A DNA stretch of 64,000 bases from a virus (taxonomy: Duplodnaviria > Caudoviricetes): positions 1-64,000 of the IMG/VR virus record IMGVR_UViG_3300049137_000091; one strand, given 5' to 3'. Shown here one piece after another: positions 1 through 8,307 of this stretch. Each line of letters starts with the position of its first letter. Within the stretch, counting starts at the first letter, position 1. Both the position numbers and the translations under genes were made by a program. Under the pieces are notes generated by a model that was given only the letters and a program-made list of their open reading frames with translations, was not told where the DNA came from and ran no database searches.

Positions 1-47
1 CATGGTCTTCCTTCTTCCTTGGTCTGCCGGGCCGGTACCCCGTCCCG

Positions 48-65
48 ATGGATTAATTAAACCAT
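48..65 (-). promoter_or_regulatory. 18-bp AT-rich operator/-10 box (ATGGTTTAATTAATCCAT on minus strand)
   Basis: Matches consensus ATGRTTTAAYYAAWYCAT; TTGCGC lies 18 nt upstream of TTTAAT on the minus strand. Confidence 0.8.
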
Positions 66-96
66 CGATGGGGCCGGCCGCGCAACCTCGGACACC

Positions 97-132
97 GCGA
101 AGCCCCGACCCGGTGTGGGTCGGGGGCTTCGC
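97..132. terminator. GAAGCCCCG-family hairpin
   Basis: GCGAAGCCCC...GGGGCTTCGC inverted repeat just after the 144-374 stop. Confidence 0.6.
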
Positions 133-143
133 GGCCGGCGCGG

Positions 144-374
144 TCAGTAGTCGCCGAAGGTGCAGACCGGTCCGCACAGGTCGCGGTCGTGCGGGCCGCC
201 CGGGGCGAAGTGGGCGGCGATCTCACGGCTGGTCGGGTATCCCCCGGTCCGCTCCCGTTCGGTGCGCGGCCGGTTCCAGGTCACCGCCTCGGCGCCGTTC
301 GCCAGTTCGTCGCAGCGCGGACAACCCGCGACCTTGCGGCCGAAGTTCGGCCGGTGCGTGTGCTTCGTCGTCAC
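144..374 (-). CDS. Small Cys/His-rich hypothetical protein (76 aa)
   Basis: GTG start preceded by GAAGAAGGAA and ACCAAGGAA; CPRC and C-terminal CGPVC. Confidence 0.6.
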   Translation of the reverse strand: MTTKHTHRPNFGRKVAGCPRCDELANGAEAVTWNRPRTERERTGGYPTSREIAAHFAPGGPHDRDLCGPVCTFGDY

Positions 375-417
375 GGTTCCTTCTTCCCTCGGTTCCTTGG
401 TCGGTGTTCTTCTCGGG

Positions 418-798
418 TCAGCGGTGCACGACCGGCTTGGACAGGTCGCGGTGCACGACGTCGGCCGGGATGAGCCGGTCACGAAGGGCGTCGCGCACCG
501 CCTCGGCGACGGTGGCCGCCCGGTGCCGCCCGCCGGCGCAGCCGATGGCGAGGACGAACGGCTTGTCCCCGGCCGGGCCGTCCGTAAAGGCGGAGACGGC
601 GCGGGCCAGCGAGCGGACCAGGGCGGGAATGCCGGGCGTGCCGAGCACGGCGTCGCGCACGGCCGCGTCCCGGGCGGTCAGGTTCTTCAGCTCGGGGGAG
701 ACGTGCGGGTCCTTGAAGTGGTAGCGCAGGTCGGCGGTCAGGTGCGCCTCGGGCGGGTCGTCGTGCAGGAAGCCGAAGCTGACGATGGTCACGTTCAT
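418..798 (-). CDS. Stand-alone RapZ/YvcJ C-terminal-domain-like protein
   Basis: VSFGF..., D.R...DP and IGCAGGRHR motifs typical of the RapZ C-terminal domain; no P-loop domain. Confidence 0.75.
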   Translation of the reverse strand: MNVTIVSFGFLHDDPPEAHLTADLRYHFKDPHVSPELKNLTARDAAVRDAVLGTPGIPALVRSLARAVSAFTDGPAGDKPFVLAIGCAGGRHRAATVAEAVRDALRDRLIPADVVHRDLSKPVVHR

Positions 799-825
799 AG
801 GTTCCTCGTTCCGTGGTCGAGCACG

Positions 826-843
826 ATGAATTAACTAAACCAT
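826..843 (-). promoter_or_regulatory. 18-bp AT-rich operator/-10 box
   Basis: ATGGTTTAGTTAATTCAT on minus strand, TTGCGC 17 nt upstream, 28 nt before the 798 start. Confidence 0.8.
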
Positions 844-872
844 ACTAGGGATGACAGCGCAACCTCTGGACG

Positions 873-913
873 CGACGAAGCCCCGGCACCCTTCCGGGCC
901 CGGGGCTTCGTCG
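873..913. terminator. GAAGCCCCG-family hairpin
   Basis: CGACGAAGCCCCG...CGGGGCTTCGTCG after the 921 stop. Confidence 0.65.
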
Positions 914-920
914 TTGTCGC

Positions 921-1328
921 TCACCGCTTGCGGCGGTTGACCTTCGCCGCCGCCTTGGCCTTCGCCTCGTCGGCTCGGGCCTGCGCCTCCACCGAGGCCG
1001 TGAACTGCCGGATCACGAACAACGCGACCAGGCCGACCACGACGACCGCCAGCAGCACGGCCGCGACGATCGCTCCGGCGACGGCGAGCACCGCCACGCA
1101 GAGGGTGACGACGATGCAACCGAGCAGCAGGGTGAGCAGCCACGGCACCACCTTCTCCGCGACGGTCTTCTCGGTGGCCGCCGGCGCCGGGGCGGGGGCC
1201 GGCGCCGGGTAGTGGTGATGCACGTGCAGGTGGACCCCGTCCGGTCCGGCGACGGTGCCCGCCGACGGATTGGCCTTCAGGTACTCGACCATCTCGGCCG
1301 GGACCGGGGCGTGACGCCTTTCCAGCAT
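921..1328 (-). CDS. Membrane protein, Spd-like (spread protein candidate)
   Basis: Pro/Ala linker, long hydrophobic stretch, basic Ala/Lys tail; lies in the TraB cluster; start uncertain (1328 or 1352). Confidence 0.6.
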   Translation of the reverse strand: MLERRHAPVPAEMVEYLKANPSAGTVAGPDGVHLHVHHHYPAPAPAPAPAATEKTVAEKVVPWLLTLLLGCIVVTLCVAVLAVAGAIVAAVLLAVVVVGLVALFVIRQFTASVEAQARADEAKAKAAAKVNRRKR

Positions 1329-1433
1329 CCCTTCCATGGTTCCTTCTTCCATCGTCCGGCCCGCAGGCCGTCACCCCGAATATACCTCAATCATCAACGG
1401 TTGAACCGTCGTTGCAGGTCAGACGTTGGAACG

Positions 1434-1476
1434 CGACGAAACCCCGGGCCGTCGTGCGGCGCCGGGGCTTCGGTCG
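1434..1476. terminator. GAAGCCCCG-family hairpin
   Basis: CGACGAAACCCCG...CGGGGCTTCGGTCG after the 1490 stop. Confidence 0.55.
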
Positions 1477-1489
1477 GGACGGTGCGGGG

Positions 1490-1684
1490 TCAGACGCCCT
1501 GCGGGACCAGGCGCACCTGATGCTGGAACGTTCGCAGGGCGTCACCCCGGTTGCGGGTGGGCCCGGTGATGCGCGCACCCTGCCGCACCCGGTACCAGGT
1601 GCCCGGCGTGCCCTGGGTCCCGTGGTCGTCGGAGGCGACGTCCAGGGCAACTCCGGAACGGAGAATTTCCGTGGTCCAGTTCAT
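1490..1684 (-). CDS. Hypothetical protein (64 aa)
   Basis: GGAGGG SD, own AT-box upstream and hairpin downstream. Confidence 0.6.
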   Translation of the reverse strand: MNWTTEILRSGVALDVASDDHGTQGTPGTWYRVRQGARITGPTRNRGDALRTFQHQVRLVPQGV

Positions 1685-1721
1685 CAGGTTCCCTCCAGGG
1701 TTCAGGCGCCGGGTTCCCCGA

Positions 1722-1739
1722 CTGATTTAATTAAATCAT
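1722..1739 (-). promoter_or_regulatory. 18-bp AT-rich operator/-10 box
   Basis: ATGATTTAATTAAATCAG on minus strand, TTGCGC 17 nt upstream. Confidence 0.8.
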
Positions 1740-1768
1740 GTTCGGGTCGCCGGCGCAACTCCGTGGGG

Positions 1769-2158
1769 TCAGTACGTGAACGTGTAGGTCACGCCGTCGG
1801 CCGTCTTCGTCTTGGCCAGCTCGCGGTCGTCCACCCGGGCGTCCAGCCACCGGTAGAGCCACGGCCGGGACCGGCCCGTAGCCGTCATGATCTCCTTGAA
1901 GTCGGACGCGGTGACCTGCTTCACCCCCTTCCGCCGCAGGGCGACCAGGTGCTGGTAGGTCACGTCGTTCGCCTCCTCCGTGCTCATCTTGGACTCGGGG
2001 GCGGGCAGTTCGATCACGGTGGCGCCGCCGCGCACCCCGGCGAAGATGAACCCCAGCGCCTCCTCGGCGACCGCGAGTCCGCACCGCCCGCACAGCGGGA
2101 CGGTCTTCGTGTGGACCGCTGAGGCGCCGCAGCCTGCGCAGTTCATTTCCTTGGTCAT
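1769..2158 (-). CDS. Zn-finger plus winged-helix protein resembling the TraB C-terminal wHTH
   Basis: CAGC..CGRC N-terminus; TGRSRPWLYRWLD aligns with TGRPRGWVYDELE of the adjacent TraB. Confidence 0.7.
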   Translation of the reverse strand: MTKEMNCAGCGASAVHTKTVPLCGRCGLAVAEEALGFIFAGVRGGATVIELPAPESKMSTEEANDVTYQHLVALRRKGVKQVTASDFKEIMTATGRSRPWLYRWLDARVDDRELAKTKTADGVTYTFTY

Positions 2159-2405
2159 CTGTCAGCCTTCCTCGTGTCTGCGTTCACCGTCCGGCCGACC
2201 GGGCCGGGCGGAAGAGAGATCCAAGACCGGAGAGTTCCGGCCCTCGTCAGGGGCCCTGTCCGGGCCTGTAATCGACCGTGCCCCGAGACAGCCAGCGGCT
2301 GTCTGCGGACGCGTCAGAAGCGCCACCAGGCCCCGTCAGATACGCGTCAGGGCGGGCTCCCTGACATGGGATGCCCGCCCTGACCTGGCGCTAACCTCCT
2401 GGGGC

Positions 2406-4391
2406 TCACACGGCCGCAGCCTCCGCGAGGACGCTGCGGGCGATGCCGTACACGGCCGTCTGGTTGGGCGGGCTGAGCCGGTCCAGCACGTCCATTTCCA
2501 CCAGGCGCTCCAGCTCGTCGTACACCCAGCCGCGCGGGCGCCCGGTCAGGTCCGGCAGGTCGGCCACAGCGTCGAAGGTCATCTGCGTCTCGCCGCTGCT
2601 GGCCAGCACGTTGATGCGGTTCAGGATCTCCGCGCGGGCCTGGTCGTCGGTCATCCGGTCGAAGTTGACCGGCTCGCACAGGGTGATCGGCTCGGACACC
2701 CGGGGTGCGGCCAGCGGAGCTGCGGCGTCGAACTCCTCGCCGTCCACGTTCACGACGAACGGGTCCAACGGCTCTTGACCTGCGAAGTCCTGCTCCACCT
2801 CGTCCACCTCCGGGGCGGTCTCCTCGTCCACGACCCCGGCCGCCAGGATGCGGTAGGAGCCCTCGTCCAGCTCGGCCCAGTGCGGCCGGGTCGCCTCGAT
2901 CATCGCCGTCCGGTCGGCGCGCTTCACGCGCGGCGCCCGGCCGTCGATGGGCCACAGTTCCTTCGGCGTGCCGGTCAGCTCGGCGTACAGGCTGCCCGGC
3001 GCGTCGTTGGCCCACTTGGTCGGGTCGGCCCCGGCCTCCAGCGTGGGCGCCTCCAGCGCGTACTTGGCGTCCTGGTACTCCTTCTGCCCGTGGGCGAGGC
3101 TCTGGGCGAACTGACCTCGGGTTTTGCGGGAGATGTTGTCGTGCGGCATGGTCTGCATCGACGCGCAGAAGTGCACGCCGACGCTGCGCAGCTTGCGCAG
3201 CGCCTCGTCGGCCTCCTCGTCCACGTAGGGCAGGACGTCGGCGGCCTCCTCGATGTCCAGGAAGATGGCCGGGATGCCGTGCATGTCGTACAGCTCGGGC
3301 ACCCACTGCTTGTAGCCCTTGCCGCCGTCCGCCCTGGTCAGCTTGCCGAAGAGGCCGGCACGGTACTCCACGAGGGGCACCAGGTTCTTCACCAGGCGCT
3401 CCGTGGTGTCCCGGTCCTTGGCGGCCAGGCCCAGCACCTCCTCGATATCGCCGAAGCTCTGCTGGAACTTCGCCGGATCGCCGACGACGGGGACGACGTC
3501 GCGGCGCTCGCGCATCTGGAGGATCGCCATGCAGATCGTGTCCGTCTTGCCCGCTCCGGACATGCCCGTGCACTTCGTGTGGGCCAGCGGCCTGGGGTTT
3601 TCGTCGTCCTCGGACCCGACGATCCACCACTCCATGGGGCTCCCGTCCACGCGGTTGCCCAGCCAGATCGGGGCGTCCGCGATGGAAGCCCCCAGGTGAC
3701 GCGGACCCGTCCACACGGACGGCTTGACGTCCCCGGCCGGCCGCATGAACTGGACGTCAACCTGGGACTCGTCGCCCGGCACCTTCAGCACCTTGACCTG
3801 CGAGGCGTCCACGCCGGCGACGGCCGCGATCTGCTCCTGCGCCGCCTGCGCCTCCTTCGCCGTGGTCGGGGCGTCCAGGTGGACGCGGGCCGTCAGCGTG
3901 CTGTCCGTCTCCTTCACGGCGCCGACCTTGGCGTCCTTGAACGCCCTGATCTTCTCCATGAAGGAGCCGTCACCCTCCTTGACCTGCGACTTGTCCACGT
4001 CACGCACCCCGGACAGGGCGGCGTGCCGCAGGTTCCAGCCGATGGACAGCGCCATGCCGCCGAGGGCCCACGCCTTGACGACGTCGGCCTGCCACGGCTC
4101 CAGCGACGCGGCGATGATGACCCAGGTCAGCGCGGCCGTGACGAACCCGGTGGCCATGACGCGGGTTTCCTGGCGACGCACCGACCAGGTCTTCCACGTG
4201 ATGTAGCTCAGGTAGGCGGAGGCCGCTCCGAGCATGGCCATCCACAGCCCGTCGTCACCGGCGACGACGTGCACCACCAGGGCCACCGGCCAGGCAGCCA
4301 AGGTGAGCAGCCAGGGGAGAAAGTAGCTGGTCAGACGCTCGGGCATGTTGAAGATGCCGAGGAATCCGACGCGGGTCGTTGCCTTGCTCAT
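2406..4391 (-). CDS. traB: TraB-family FtsK/SpoIIIE-type DNA translocase (Streptomyces conjugation protein)
   Basis: N-terminal TM segments, Walker A GMSGAGKT, Walker B-like IFLDIEEA, MQT motif, C-terminal wHTH (GRPRGWVYDELERL). Confidence 0.8.
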   Translation of the reverse strand: MSKATTRVGFLGIFNMPERLTSYFLPWLLTLAAWPVALVVHVVAGDDGLWMAMLGAASAYLSYITWKTWSVRRQETRVMATGFVTAALTWVIIAASLEPWQADVVKAWALGGMALSIGWNLRHAALSGVRDVDKSQVKEGDGSFMEKIRAFKDAKVGAVKETDSTLTARVHLDAPTTAKEAQAAQEQIAAVAGVDASQVKVLKVPGDESQVDVQFMRPAGDVKPSVWTGPRHLGASIADAPIWLGNRVDGSPMEWWIVGSEDDENPRPLAHTKCTGMSGAGKTDTICMAILQMRERRDVVPVVGDPAKFQQSFGDIEEVLGLAAKDRDTTERLVKNLVPLVEYRAGLFGKLTRADGGKGYKQWVPELYDMHGIPAIFLDIEEAADVLPYVDEEADEALRKLRSVGVHFCASMQTMPHDNISRKTRGQFAQSLAHGQKEYQDAKYALEAPTLEAGADPTKWANDAPGSLYAELTGTPKELWPIDGRAPRVKRADRTAMIEATRPHWAELDEGSYRILAAGVVDEETAPEVDEVEQDFAGQEPLDPFVVNVDGEEFDAAAPLAAPRVSEPITLCEPVNFDRMTDDQARAEILNRINVLASSGETQMTFDAVADLPDLTGRPRGWVYDELERLVEMDVLDRLSPPNQTAVYGIARSVLAEAAAV

Positions 4392-4406
4392 GGCCTGTCA
4401 CCTCCC

Positions 4407-4982
4407 CTAGACGACGGTGAAGCCGCCGCGACGGCCCCCGGGTCGGTTGCTCTTGGTCCCGTCGTTCTCCAGCTCGTCCAGGAAGATCTCGAACCGGCGC
4501 CACGCCTTCACGGACTCGGCGGCGCCGGCGGCGCAGTTGTTGGCCAGCGCCGACAGGTTGCGGCCGATCATCCCGAGCGTGGCGGCCATCTTGGCGGCCT
4601 GCATGGGGTTGAGCCGGCCGGTGCTGGCCTGCCGGGCCTGCGCGCGGGCGGCAGCCTTGAGCTGGCCCTGGGCCATGTGCGCGGACACGGCCAGGTAGTT
4701 GAGCAGGGCGCGGTAGCCCTCGCAGAAGGCGTGCAGGTCGTCCTGGTTGGACAGCTCCATCGAGCCGATGGACTGGACGAGCTGGGAGAGGTTCTGGCCG
4801 CGCGTCCCGCCCGGCCGGTGGACGCGCTGGCTCTGACCTGCGGGCTTGCCGGTCGCGTACTGGTCGGGGTGCCCGTGGGCGTCCAGCCCCCGGCTGCGCA
4901 GCTCTTCCGCGCTGGCCCCCTTGACGCGGCCGGACGCGGTGGCGCTCTCGGGCGGGCCGAAGGGGTTCTTGGTCTCGTTCAT
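4407..4982 (-). CDS. TraA-like plasmid transfer protein
   Basis: Directly upstream of traB; LSNQDDLHAFCE and helical Ala-rich C-terminus resemble the TraA proteins of Streptomyces plasmids. Confidence 0.55.
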   Translation of the reverse strand: MNETKNPFGPPESATASGRVKGASAEELRSRGLDAHGHPDQYATGKPAGQSQRVHRPGGTRGQNLSQLVQSIGSMELSNQDDLHAFCEGYRALLNYLAVSAHMAQGQLKAAARAQARQASTGRLNPMQAAKMAATLGMIGRNLSALANNCAAGAAESVKAWRRFEIFLDELENDGTKSNRPGGRRGGFTVV

Positions 4983-5061
4983 TCCTGATTCCTCGTCTCT
5001 GGTCCGGGGTTCCTTCAGTCAAGCGACGTGGTCCCCGCCGGGATGATGCCCAGCGGGGACC

Positions 5062-5079
5062 ACGGTTTAACTTAATCAT
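5062..5079 (-). promoter_or_regulatory. 18-bp AT-rich operator box upstream of traA-traB
   Basis: ATGATTAAGTTAAACCGT on minus strand. Confidence 0.7.
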
Positions 5080-5094
5080 GTCACACTCAGCGGC

Positions 5095-6009
5095 CTACGA
5101 GAAGGCGCGGTTCACGGTCTTCCGCAGGGTGTCCGTGTTGACAGCCTCGTAGCCCGGCAGGGTCGGGACGATCGCCTTGATCTCGTCCTTGGTGTGCTGC
5201 ATGTCCCGCAGCCACCGGACGACGTCCGGCAGCTTCTTCTCCAGGACGTCCGCCGGGACATCCGGAGTTGTCCCGGCCCCGGAAGCGGAAGGCGCCGGCT
5301 TGGTGGTCTTCTTCAGCGAGACGTTGACCGTGGACCGCTTCGGGACATCTGCCGGGACAACGGCCTTGTCCCGGGCGGGACGCTTCGTCTCGGCGGCCGG
5401 GACAACCGGGGCCGGGACAACCGGCTGCGGGACATCGACGGCCGGGACAACCGGCTGCGGGACATCGACGGCCGGGACAACCAGGGCCGGGACAACCGGG
5501 GCCGGGACAACCGGGGCCGGGACATCGACGGCCGGCCCGTTGTCCCGGGACAGGCCGACGGTCGCCGGGGACATCGCGGCCTGACGCTTACGAACGCTGA
5601 TCAGCACCTGGTGCATGAGGGCGCCGAACGCGATCAGCGCGGCCGACGGCGGTACGGCGGCCACGATGTAGTCCAGGACCGGGGCCTTCTCGCCGACGCC
5701 GGCCACGTTCAGACCGATGGACCCGGCGGAGCCGACGATGGTCAGGCCGATACCCCACTTGTTGGACTGCCCGCGCAGACCTGACACGAACGTCAGCAGC
5801 TCGCCAGCGATGATGAACAGGTCCAACGTCGCAGGCCAGGCCCACGAACGGGCCGGTGACTCCTCCAGACCGTGCTCGCGGGCGACGTCAGCGAGGTGGG
5901 TGTAGGACAGCCAGAAGGCGATGGCGGTCAGGACGATGATGACGAAGCCGGCGGCCACCAGCGCGGTGAACGCCGCGCGCTCGGCCGGGTCGTCGTAGCT
6001 CTTGGACAT
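5095..6009 (-). CDS. DUF2637-like membrane protein with VPA repeat linker and short C-terminal helical domain
   Basis: AFWLSYTHL...AWPATLD and AAVPP motifs, four TM segments; ATG 6009 has SD and ACCAAGGAA. Confidence 0.75.
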   Translation of the reverse strand: MSKSYDDPAERAAFTALVAAGFVIIVLTAIAFWLSYTHLADVAREHGLEESPARSWAWPATLDLFIIAGELLTFVSGLRGQSNKWGIGLTIVGSAGSIGLNVAGVGEKAPVLDYIVAAVPPSAALIAFGALMHQVLISVRKRQAAMSPATVGLSRDNGPAVDVPAPVVPAPVVPALVVPAVDVPQPVVPAVDVPQPVVPAPVVPAAETKRPARDKAVVPADVPKRSTVNVSLKKTTKPAPSASGAGTTPDVPADVLEKKLPDVVRWLRDMQHTKDEIKAIVPTLPGYEAVNTDTLRKTVNRAFS

Positions 6010-6047
6010 GATCGATTCCTCGGTTCCTTGGTCGGTGCTTTCCTCGG

Positions 6048-6065
6048 TCGATTTACTTAAATCAT
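6048..6065 (-). promoter_or_regulatory. 18-bp AT-rich operator box
   Basis: ATGATTTAAGTAAATCGA on minus strand, upstream of the DUF2637 gene and abutting the array. Confidence 0.7.
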
Positions 6066-6320
6066 AGTACCCGGACATGTCCCGGGACAACCCCGCGCCG
6101 GGACACGCGTTGTCCCGGGACATCCGGCTGAGCGGGACAACGCGCCGGCGGGACATGTCCCGGGGCTATCCGCTGCGGGACACGGCTTGTCCCGGGACAA
6201 CAGGGCACCGGGACATCTCGGCAGCGGGACAGCCCGTGTCCCGGGACAACCTTCTGCGGGACACCGGACACGACGAAGCCCCGGGACACGATCTGTCCCG
6301 GGGCTGTTGTCCCGCCGCGC

Positions 6321-6569
6321 TCAGGTGTCCCGTTGTCCCGTTGTCCCGGGGACATCAAGCGGAATTGCCATCTCGCTGTAGTGGAAGCTGACGATCTCGA
6401 TGTCCCCCACCGGGACACCCTCATCCCGGGACAAGTCCCGGACGACGACCGCGCGCAGCCGTTCCTCGCTGCACGGGGCCGGGGACACCGCTGTCCCCTC
6501 CAGTGTCCGGGGCTGTCCCCGCAGGATCACTGACGCGCCATAGACGTATCCGTGCTGTGTCCCGGTCAC
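6321..6569 (-). CDS. Hypothetical protein (82 aa) overlapping the repeat array
   Basis: GTG start overlaps the TGA of the 6566-7009 ORF (GTGA coupling). Confidence 0.45.
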   Translation of the reverse strand: MTGTQHGYVYGASVILRGQPRTLEGTAVSPAPCSEERLRAVVVRDLSRDEGVPVGDIEIVSFHYSEMAIPLDVPGTTGQRDT

Positions 6570-7009
6570 CGCATGAGTCCGGGGTCCCCGGCGAACTGCC
6601 ACGCGGGGCGACCGTCCCGGGACGTCCGGGACAGAGCCCCGACGCTCGCCAGGAAGTTGAGGCGGTCGGACACCCACGACATCGGCAGGCCGATGTCCCG
6701 GGCGATGTCGGCGAAGTCGTCCAGGACGACGACGTCACGCCCGGACCGGGCCAGCGTGGCCAGCCTGCGCTCCATGGACCGGGGCAGGCCGTCGGCCCGG
6801 TGCTCCTGCGCTCGCGCCTCCTCATCCTCGGCACCGGCGTAGATCCCGTCCCAGGCGATCCTGCGCAGCTCGCCGGCGGCGAAGGCGAGCCGCGACTGCT
6901 CGTGCCGGGGCACGGACCGCAGGATCTCCCGGGCCCGTGCCGGGTCGTCGGCGAGCACGGCGCGCAGGGCGTCGGCCGCCGCCTCGGTGGTTGCGTCAGT
7001 GGTTTTCAT
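6566..7009 (-). CDS. Hypothetical protein, possible C-terminal winged helix
   Basis: GAGGAG SD; FADIARDIGLPMSWVSDRLNFL helix-turn-helix-like segment. Confidence 0.6.
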   Translation of the reverse strand: MKTTDATTEAAADALRAVLADDPARAREILRSVPRHEQSRLAFAAGELRRIAWDGIYAGAEDEEARAQEHRADGLPRSMERRLATLARSGRDVVVLDDFADIARDIGLPMSWVSDRLNFLASVGALSRTSRDGRPAWQFAGDPGLMR

Positions 7010-7034
7010 GATCTCCTCGGGTTGCTCGGTCGCG

Positions 7035-7667
7035 TCAGGCGGGCCGGCCGGCGGTGCGCGGCCCGTCCCGGTGCCAGATCCACGTGCGGGCGTCCAGGTG
7101 CTCGAAGACGGCCCCGGCGTCCAGCAAGCGGATCAGGTAGTCCTCGTCTTCGCCACGGTATCGGCGCCCGATCCCCTCCGTGTCCACCTCGTACCCGGCG
7201 CGGAATCCGCCGACGGCGCGCACGGCCGCCGTCCGCACCACGTGAGTCATCGGGATGAACGACGCGGCCCGGCGGATGTGCGCTGCCTGTTCCGGCCCGA
7301 ACCGAACGCCCCACGGGGAGCGCCAGACGCCTTGAACGGACACGGCGGTCGGGTCGGTGCCGCGCACCACCGGCGCCGGGTAGACCAGGTCGGGCCGCTC
7401 CGGCGATTGCTCCATCACGCGCATGCACGCGCGCAGGTGATTGGGCTTCAGCTCGTCGTCGTCGTCCAGCCAGGCGACGACGTCGGCGGTGACCCGGGCC
7501 AGCGCGCGGTTGCGGGCCTCCCAGGCGCCGGTGCGCAGGGAGTCGCGTTCCACGACGACCTGGTCCGGCTTGCGGGTCTGCGCGCGCACCGAGGCCAGCG
7601 CGCGGGCCAGTTCGGCCTCGCGGCCGGGGATGGTCGGTACGACGACGGCGACGCTCAGGCGGGGCAT
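7035..7667 (-). CDS. GT-A fold (family 2-like) glycosyltransferase
   Basis: VVVPT, ARNRAL, WLDDDD (DxD) and GEDEDY motifs. Confidence 0.85.
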   Translation of the reverse strand: MPRLSVAVVVPTIPGREAELARALASVRAQTRKPDQVVVERDSLRTGAWEARNRALARVTADVVAWLDDDDELKPNHLRACMRVMEQSPERPDLVYPAPVVRGTDPTAVSVQGVWRSPWGVRFGPEQAAHIRRAASFIPMTHVVRTAAVRAVGGFRAGYEVDTEGIGRRYRGEDEDYLIRLLDAGAVFEHLDARTWIWHRDGPRTAGRPA

Positions 7668-7978
7668 GCGGGCGTTTCCTCTCCGTCGGCGGGCGGGGTC
7701 CAGTGCATCGCGTCTCCGGGCCCGAACGGCACGGCGGGAACCAGGTCCGGCGGGGGCAGTCGCGCGGCCGTCTCCCGCAGCGTCCGGCGGGACGCGTCGA
7801 AGGCGAGAGCGAACTGGGCGACGGCTTCGTGCACTTCACGGAACGTGTCGGCTGCCCGCTGGAACATCTCGCCCACGGTGGCGAAGGCATCCCCGGAAAC
7901 CACGGAGCCCGCCTCACCGGGGCTCGGTGACGCGGGCTCGTCGCGTGGGCGGTCGCCGGCCGATGGCGGCCACGGCAT
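7655..7978 (-). CDS. Hypothetical protein
   Basis: ATGA-coupled to the 7978-8241 ORF. Confidence 0.45.
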   Translation of the reverse strand: MPWPPSAGDRPRDEPASPSPGEAGSVVSGDAFATVGEMFQRAADTFREVHEAVAQFALAFDASRRTLRETAARLPPPDLVPAVPFGPGDAMHWTPPADGEETPACPA

Positions 7979-8241
7979 CAGACCGCCCCCTTCACCGCGA
8001 CCCACAGCGTGTCCTTGTCGGCCTGCGAGGTCTCGGGGGAGACCTTGGTGGCCTTGCCGTCACGGCGCAGACGGTCCAGGGCGAGGTAAGCGCGGGACGT
8101 GTTGAGCCCCATCTCCTCGGCGATCTGGTTGCGGGTGAGGCCGTCCGGGTTGTCGCGCAGCATCTCCAGGATGCGGCGGTCCCGTTCGATCGTCTCGGCG
8201 GGGCGGGGGCGGCCCCGCCGTCGCTCGGCGGTCATGGTCAT
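7978..8241 (-). CDS. Small winged-helix DNA-binding protein
   Basis: GLTRNQIAEEMGLNTSRAYLALDRLRRDG. Confidence 0.7.
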   Translation of the reverse strand: MTMTAERRRGRPRPAETIERDRRILEMLRDNPDGLTRNQIAEEMGLNTSRAYLALDRLRRDGKATKVSPETSQADKDTLWVAVKGAV

Positions 8242-8272
8242 GAGTCCTTCCTCCGTGGTCGTGGGCGTGCCG

Positions 8273-8290
8273 ATGATTTATCTTAATCGG
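8273..8290 (-). promoter_or_regulatory. Degenerate AT-rich operator box
   Basis: ATGATTTATCTTAATCGG, 32 nt upstream of the 8241 start. Confidence 0.55.
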
Positions 8291-8307
8291 TATACCCGGG
8301 CCTGTCA

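Larger units (their letters stand above)
5250..6635. repeat. GGGACA/TGTCCC array, often as palindrome TGTCCCGGGACA
   Basis: Manual count: about 17 hexamers in 5250-5575 and about 31 in 6070-6635; perfect 12-bp palindromes at 5541, 6078, 6111, 6188, 6237. Confidence 0.9.

Noticed and set aside
1980-4988. 1002-aa plus-strand ORF
   Set aside because: Antisense shadow of traB/traA in GC-rich DNA; no motifs.
6070-6635. CRISPR array
   Set aside because: Repeats are 6-12 bp, irregularly spaced and in both orientations; no repeat-spacer period.
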